The notes under the pieces are model-generated. The model saw nothing but the letters and a program-made list of their open reading frames with translations, was not told the origin of the DNA and ran no database searches. Positions 58,818 through 64,000 of a DNA stretch of 64,000 nucleotides are shown piece after piece; positions within the stretch are counted from its first letter, which is position 1, and every line of letters begins with the position of its first letter. Source of the stretch: Alloprevotella sp. Lineage in GTDB: Bacteria > Bacteroidota > Bacteroidia > Bacteroidales > Bacteroidaceae. The translations under genes and the position numbers were made by a program. The stretch is from contig JBHAFF010000005.1 of NCBI GenBank assembly GCA_041855985.1, forward strand, positions 24,960 through 88,959. The letters are read 5' to 3'.

Positions 58818-60220
58818 CCCGACATTATACCACTTATACCAAAAAAATTCTGGGTGATCTCGACACTCCCGTGAGTGCCTACCTCAAGCTCCGGGACCTC
58901 TTTTCACGCAGTGCCCTAATGGAAAGTTCCGACTACCACGGCGGCGACGATGCCCGTTCGTTCATCGCAGTCGATCCCATCGGCCAAGTGGCAGTGAGTC
59001 ACGGCATTGCCCGCACAACCCTCCCGGAAGGTGCCACCACCCACTGCCCCATCGACAACCATTATCGCGTGGAGCATGCCCTCGAAGACTTCGTGGCACA
59101 TTTCAAAGTAGAGGGTGAGGGTGCAGAATATTGTGGGCTCTATGGCTACACCACCTTCAACGCAGTACGCTACTTCGAGCACATCGACATCAAAGACAAT
59201 ACAGCAGAGCGCAATGATGCCCCGGATGTGCTCTACGTCCTCTTCCGCTACATCCTCGTCTTCGACCACTTCCGCAACACGCTCACGCTAATCCAACTCG
59301 TGGGTGAGGGAGAAACGGCCTCGCTCGACCGCATCGAGCAGGCCCTCCGTGCCCCACGCGCCGACACCTATCCCTTCCGTCCCATTGGCGACATCACCTC
59401 ATCGCTCACCGACGAGGAACATAAGGCCAACATCCGCCGTGGCATTGCCCACTGCCTGCGGGGAGATGTCTTCCAGATTGTCCTCTCGCGGCGATTCGTC
59501 CAGCGGTTTGAAGGCGATGACTTCAAGCTTTATCGCGTGCTCCGCTCCGTCAACCCCAGTCCCTACCTCTTCTATTTCGACTTCGGAGGTTACCGCATCT
59601 TTGGTTCCTCCCCGGAGACCCATTGTCGCATCGACGCAGCAGGGAAGGGGCTACGTGCCACTATCGACCCGATTGCCGGAACAACACTCCGCACGGGACG
59701 GGCAGAGGAAGATGCGCGCAATGCGGAGTTTCTGCGCAATGACCCCAAGGAAAATGCCGAACATGTGATGCTCGTGGATCTGGCACGCAACGACCTCTCG
59801 CGCAACTGTACCGATGTGCATGTGGATCTCTACAAGGATCTGCAATACTATTCGCACGTCATCCACCTCGTTTCGCGAGTCAGCGGAGACCTCGGCCCCG
59901 AAGCCTCCCCCCTCCGCACCTTTGTCGATACCTTCCCTGCCGGAACCCTCTCCGGTGCTCCTAAGGTGCGCGCCATGCAGCTCATCTCCGAAATCGAGCC
60001 CCACAACCGAGGAGCATACGGGGGTTGCATAGGTTTTATTGGCCTCAACGGCACTTTAAACCAGGCCATCACGATCCGCACCTTCGTAAGCCGAAATGGC
60101 GAACTCTGGTTTCAGGCAGGCGGTGGCATCGTGGCAAAGAGCGATGAAGACTACGAGCTGCGAGAGGTAAACAACAAGCTCGGAGCTTTGCGCCGTGCCA
60201 TCGAACTGGCAGCAGAATAA
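58814..60220 (+). CDS. trpE: Anthranilate synthase component I
   Basis: D..TPVS, NPSPY, GSSPE, KENAEHVMLVDLARND and FPAGTLSGAPK. Confidence 0.96.
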   Translation: MTRHYTTYTKKILGDLDTPVSAYLKLRDLFSRSALMESSDYHGGDDARSFIAVDPIGQVAVSHGIARTTLPEGATTHCPIDNHYRVEHALEDFVAHFKVEGEGAEYCGLYGYTTFNAVRYFEHIDIKDNTAERNDAPDVLYVLFRYILVFDHFRNTLTLIQLVGEGETASLDRIEQALRAPRADTYPFRPIGDITSSLTDEEHKANIRRGIAHCLRGDVFQIVLSRRFVQRFEGDDFKLYRVLRSVNPSPYLFYFDFGGYRIFGSSPETHCRIDAAGKGLRATIDPIAGTTLRTGRAEEDARNAEFLRNDPKENAEHVMLVDLARNDLSRNCTDVHVDLYKDLQYYSHVIHLVSRVSGDLGPEASPLRTFVDTFPAGTLSGAPKVRAMQLISEIEPHNRGAYGGCIGFIGLNGTLNQAITIRTFVSRNGELWFQAGGGIVAKSDEDYELREVNNKLGALRRAIELAAE

Positions 60221-60262
60221 TCGCACATCCGAATCATCGTCCCGCCAGAAAAAATCTCTCCC

Positions 60263-60826
60263 ATGAACATCATCATTATCGACAACTACGACTCTTTCAC
60301 CTACAATCTGGTACACCTACTCACAAGTCTCGGAGCCAACGTCCAGGTGATGCGCAACGATGCGTTCAACCTCAACGATCTCGAAACATTCGACAAGATC
60401 GTCCTTTCCCCCGGCCCCGGTATCCCTTCAGAAGCCGGTCTACTCCTCGATGTGATCCGCACTTATGCGGGTCGCAAACCCATCCTCGGCGTTTGTCTCG
60501 GCCATCAGGCCATTGGCGAAGTGTTCGGAGCACGGCTCACCAATCTTGCCACCGTTCACCACGGGGTGGCATCTCTCTGCACCATTACCACCGACGACTA
60601 TCTTTTCCAAGGCATCACCGCTCCCTTCACCGTGGGACGTTACCACTCATGGGTCGTATCGCCCGAGCATTTCCCAACCGAACTCGAAGTGACGGCCACC
60701 AGTCCCGAGGGCGAGATCATGGCCTTACGTCACCGTTCCCTCGACATCCGCGGCCTGCAATTTCACCCCGAAAGCGTCCTCACCCCCGAAGGTGCAACCC
60801 TCCTCCGAAACTGGCTGAACCATTGA
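60263..60826 (+). CDS. trpG: Anthranilate synthase component II
   Basis: IDNYDSFTYN, SPGPG, GVCLGHQ and QFHPES. Confidence 0.96.
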   Translation: MNIIIIDNYDSFTYNLVHLLTSLGANVQVMRNDAFNLNDLETFDKIVLSPGPGIPSEAGLLLDVIRTYAGRKPILGVCLGHQAIGEVFGARLTNLATVHHGVASLCTITTDDYLFQGITAPFTVGRYHSWVVSPEHFPTELEVTATSPEGEIMALRHRSLDIRGLQFHPESVLTPEGATLLRNWLNH

Positions 60827-60881
60827 AAGCCCTTCTTCAATCCACATTCTGCTCTCCTCCTCGCCACTCCTTTCCCCTCCC

Positions 60882-61877
60882 ATGAAAACACTATTACAAG
60901 ATGTCATTGAGGGTCGTACCCTCGGCCGCAACGAGATGCGTGATCTTATGATCAGCATCACCCACGAGCAATTTTCCGATATCCACTTAGCAGCTTTTTT
61001 CACCGCAATCCGTCTTCGTGGCGAAACGGTAGACGAAATCCTCGGCCTGCGCGACGGTCTTCTCATCACAGGAACTCCCATCGATCTCTCAGATTTTGAT
61101 CCCATAGACCTCGTTGGTACGGGCGGCGATGGCAAGAACACATTCAACATCTCCACCTGCGCCTGCTTCGTTGTGGCGGGAGCGGGCTTTAAGGTAGCCA
61201 AGCACGGCAACTTCGCCGCCACTTCCGTGTCAGGTGCCAGCCATGTCATTCAGGCCCACGGCGTGGCTTTCACCGCCGATCCCGGCCGCCTGCGCCGCAG
61301 CATCGAAGAGAGCGGCATAGCCTATCTCCATGCACCGCTCTTTGCCCATGGTATGAAGTTCGTTGCGCCGATGCGCCGCGCACTGCAAGTGCCCACGGCA
61401 TTCAACCTCCTCGGCCCACTCGTCAATCCTGCGCAACCACGCCGTCAGCTCCTCGGTACGGCCACCCTGAGCCAGCTCCGCCTCTACCACAACATCTTTG
61501 AACGGTTGTCGATGGACTTCGGCATTGTCTCCTCGACCGATGGCTACGATGAGATCAGCCTCACCGCGGACTTCAAATTCGTTACCCATCGCGATGAGCG
61601 CGTGCTCCGCCCATCAGATTTGGGTATGGAGCGCATAGAACCAGATGCGCTCTATGGGGGTCGGACGGTGGAAGAGGCACGCACCCTCTTCGACAGCGTA
61701 CTGGACGGAACCTCCACCCCCGAACGCCGCGCCGTGGTGCTGGCCAACGCTGCCGCCGCCCTCTCGGTGTGTCTCCCCGATGCCACGCTCGATGAGTGCC
61801 TAGCTCGTGCGGTCGAGAGTCTCGACAGCGGACGTGCACTCCAATCCCTGCGCCGATTCATCGAAGTCAATTCCTAA
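60882..61877 (+). CDS. trpD: Anthranilate phosphoribosyltransferase
   Basis: GTGGDGKNTFNIST, KHGN and FNLLGPL.NP. Confidence 0.96.
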   Translation: MKTLLQDVIEGRTLGRNEMRDLMISITHEQFSDIHLAAFFTAIRLRGETVDEILGLRDGLLITGTPIDLSDFDPIDLVGTGGDGKNTFNISTCACFVVAGAGFKVAKHGNFAATSVSGASHVIQAHGVAFTADPGRLRRSIEESGIAYLHAPLFAHGMKFVAPMRRALQVPTAFNLLGPLVNPAQPRRQLLGTATLSQLRLYHNIFERLSMDFGIVSSTDGYDEISLTADFKFVTHRDERVLRPSDLGMERIEPDALYGGRTVEEARTLFDSVLDGTSTPERRAVVLANAAAALSVCLPDATLDECLARAVESLDSGRALQSLRRFIEVNS

Positions 61878-61897
61878 ACAGCCCTTTCCTCCATCCC

Positions 61898-62728
61898 ATG
61901 TCCGACATCCTCCACGATATCATCCTCAAAAAGCGCGAAGATTTAGCCGACCGCGAAACACGCCTGCCGCTCACACGCCTCATCGACACTTACCAACGTC
62001 TCCACGCAGAAAGCGATCTCCCCACTGTGGTCTCGATGCGCCACGCCCTCGAAACCTCACCCACCGGAATCATTGCCGAATTTAAACGCCGGTCGCCCTC
62101 GAAAGGCTGGATCAACGCCGAAGCCGAAGCACACCACGTACCTGTGGGCTATGCTCAGGCAGGGGCGGCCGCCCTATCCATACTCACCGATGAGCCCTTC
62201 TTTGGAGGCCGCCTAGCCTTCCTCCGTACCGCCTACGGAACCGTGCAGGGGCATAACCTCCACACGCCCATCCTGCGCAAAGACTTCATCATCGCCGACC
62301 GACAGCTCTACGAAGCACGGCTATTCGGAGCATCGGCAGTGCTCCTCATCGCCGCCTGTCTGCCGGAAGAGGAATACCACCGTCTGCTCACACTTGCACA
62401 CCAACTCGATTTGGAAGTCCTGCTCGAAATCCATTCCGAAGACGAGCTTTGCTATACCCGCTCCGAAGCCGATATGATCGGAGTAAACAACCGTTCGCTC
62501 GGATCCTTCCACACGAATGTTGATACCGCCTTCCGCCTCGCTCCCCTCCTCCCTCAAAATCGCACACTGGTGGCGGAGAGCGGGCTGCACAGCACAGAGG
62601 TGGTGGCCCATCTCCGCGATGTGGGCTATCGAGGTTTCTTGATCGGCGAGACCTTTATGCGCAGCAGCAATCCTCCTGCGGCATTGGCCGAGTTTCTCCA
62701 ACAGCTACAAGCGCAGACGGTATCTTAA
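61898..62728 (+). CDS. trpC: Indole-3-glycerol phosphate synthase
   Basis: IAEFKRRSPSKG, LRKDF, GVNNR and ESG. Confidence 0.96.
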   Translation: MSDILHDIILKKREDLADRETRLPLTRLIDTYQRLHAESDLPTVVSMRHALETSPTGIIAEFKRRSPSKGWINAEAEAHHVPVGYAQAGAAALSILTDEPFFGGRLAFLRTAYGTVQGHNLHTPILRKDFIIADRQLYEARLFGASAVLLIAACLPEEEYHRLLTLAHQLDLEVLLEIHSEDELCYTRSEADMIGVNNRSLGSFHTNVDTAFRLAPLLPQNRTLVAESGLHSTEVVAHLRDVGYRGFLIGETFMRSSNPPAALAEFLQQLQAQTVS

Positions 62729-62739
62729 TCCTTCGCACC

Positions 62740-63405
62740 ATGTTTCGTAAAGTCTGTGGGATGCGCCTTCCCGACAATGTCCGCGCCGTTGCCGACCTCC
62801 GCCCCGATGCCCTCGGCTTCATCTTCCATCCCCCTTCACCCCGTTTCATCGGCACAACGGACGAGGTCAGAGCTTCCGGCCTACTCGATGCACTCCCTCC
62901 ACACCCCATCCGCCGCATCGGGGTATTCGTCAATGCTCCTATCGCCGAAATGGTGGCCTACACAACGGCTTTCGGGCTCACCGATCTCCAACTCCACGGC
63001 CAAGAGCCGCCCGACCTGCTCAGACAGCTCCGTGATGCCCTTCCACCCGGATTGCGCCTCATCAAGACATTCTCCTGCCGCACGACCGATGATCTCGCCT
63101 TGCTCGCACCCTACCACAGTGTAGCCGACCTCTTCCTCTTCGACACGCCTTCTCCCTCTTTTGGAGGAACGGGCCGGACCTTTGACTGGTCGCTCCTCAA
63201 TGCCTACACAGGCCCAACACCCTTCCTGCTAAGCGGGGGCATCGGATCCGAATCGATCCCTGCACTCCGCCTTTTTCAACACGACTATTGCATCGGCCTC
63301 GACCTAAATTCACGTTTCGAGACCGCGCCCGGCGTTAAGTCAGTCGAAGAGCTACGCACCTTTTTTCAAGCCCTCCGCAATCTCAACTTCTCTTCTCAAG
63401 CATGA
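62740..63405 (+). CDS. trpF: Phosphoribosylanthranilate isomerase
   Basis: KVCG, SPR, QLHG, GGTG..FDW and LSGG. Confidence 0.95.
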   Translation: MFRKVCGMRLPDNVRAVADLRPDALGFIFHPPSPRFIGTTDEVRASGLLDALPPHPIRRIGVFVNAPIAEMVAYTTAFGLTDLQLHGQEPPDLLRQLRDALPPGLRLIKTFSCRTTDDLALLAPYHSVADLFLFDTPSPSFGGTGRTFDWSLLNAYTGPTPFLLSGGIGSESIPALRLFQHDYCIGLDLNSRFETAPGVKSVEELRTFFQALRNLNFSSQA

Positions 63406-64000
63406 ACCGCATCAATGCCCTCTTCCAGCGCAAACCTTCCGGACTGCTCAGCCTCTACTTCTGTGCCGGACATCCCCATCTCGATGATACCCTACCCACC
63501 CTACGCCTGCTCGAATCCGGAGGCATCGACATGGTGGAGATCGGCATCCCCTTCTCTGATCCCATGGCCGATGGACCCGTCATCCAAGATGCAGCCAACA
63601 AGGCTTTGGCCAACGGGATGACCCTGCGCCTGCTCTTCAAACAGCTACACAATGTTCGTCCCACGGTCAGCATCCCTCTCTTACTGATGGGCTACCTCAA
63701 TCCCATCCTGCACTTCGGGCTCCCCGAGTTTTTCGCACAGTGCGCAATCTGCGGCATCGATGGCGTGATCATCCCCGATCTTCCCTTTGCGGACTATCTC
63801 TCCACTGTCAAGCCTTTAGCCGACCAATATGACATACGTGTGGTGATGCTCATCACGCCCGAAACCTCGGAAGAGCGCATCCGCTTCATTGACAAACACA
63901 CCAACGGCTTTATTTATATGGTGTCGAGTGCCTCGACCACAGGGGCTCAACATTCCTTTGACGAGGAAAAACAGGCCTATTTTGCGCGTATCAACGCGAT
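63402..64000 (+). CDS. trpA: Tryptophan synthase alpha chain (truncated by the window end)
   Basis: Manual translation MNRINALFQ...EIGIPFSDPMADGPVIQ...LMGYLNP; not in the ORF track. Confidence 0.95.
   Translation, partial: MNRINALFQRKPSGLLSLYFCAGHPHLDDTLPTLRLLESGGIDMVEIGIPFSDPMADGPVIQDAANKALANGMTLRLLFKQLHNVRPTVSIPLLLMGYLNPILHFGLPEFFAQCAICGIDGVIIPDLPFADYLSTVKPLADQYDIRVVMLITPETSEERIRFIDKHTNGFIYMVSSASTTGAQHSFDEEKQAYFARINA

Overview
A 64-kb chromosomal window from a moderately GC-rich Bacteroidales bacterium, probably Prevotellaceae or Alloprevotella-like. That assignment is inferred from TAnnTTTG promoters, the lack of Shine-Dalgarno sites, a T9SS-type tail and DUF3822/DUF4421 genes. Most of the window is housekeeping: rsmD, a RecD-like helicase, a short purH, glnS, recQ, tig-clpP-clpX, fmt, aguA/aguB, ffh, folD, a his operon and a trp operon (trpA is cut by the window edge). 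I see no tRNA, rRNA, CRISPR array, transposase, integrase or prophage. Main points of interest: (i) an orphan protein that appears to combine RNAP alpha-CTD-like, sigma-4-like and HARE/RNAP-delta-like HTH modules; (ii) a 1138-aa strongly codon-biased surface lipoprotein with a partner lipoprotein and a long structured 5' UTR; (iii) two copies of a self-complementary 22-bp tandem repeat, each with an IHF-like flank; (iv) a promoter-to-terminator unit of about 320 nt with no credible ORF (candidate sRNA); (v) His and Trp leader-peptide attenuators missed by the ORF track; (vi) a HisD-HisC fusion in a his operon interleaved with GH20, DUF389 and K+/H+ antiporter genes; (vii) an orphan GT11 fucosyltransferase between ffh and folD; (viii) a frameshifted BspA-LRR/T9SS pseudogene. 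All family calls come from motif recognition by eye; no database searches were run.
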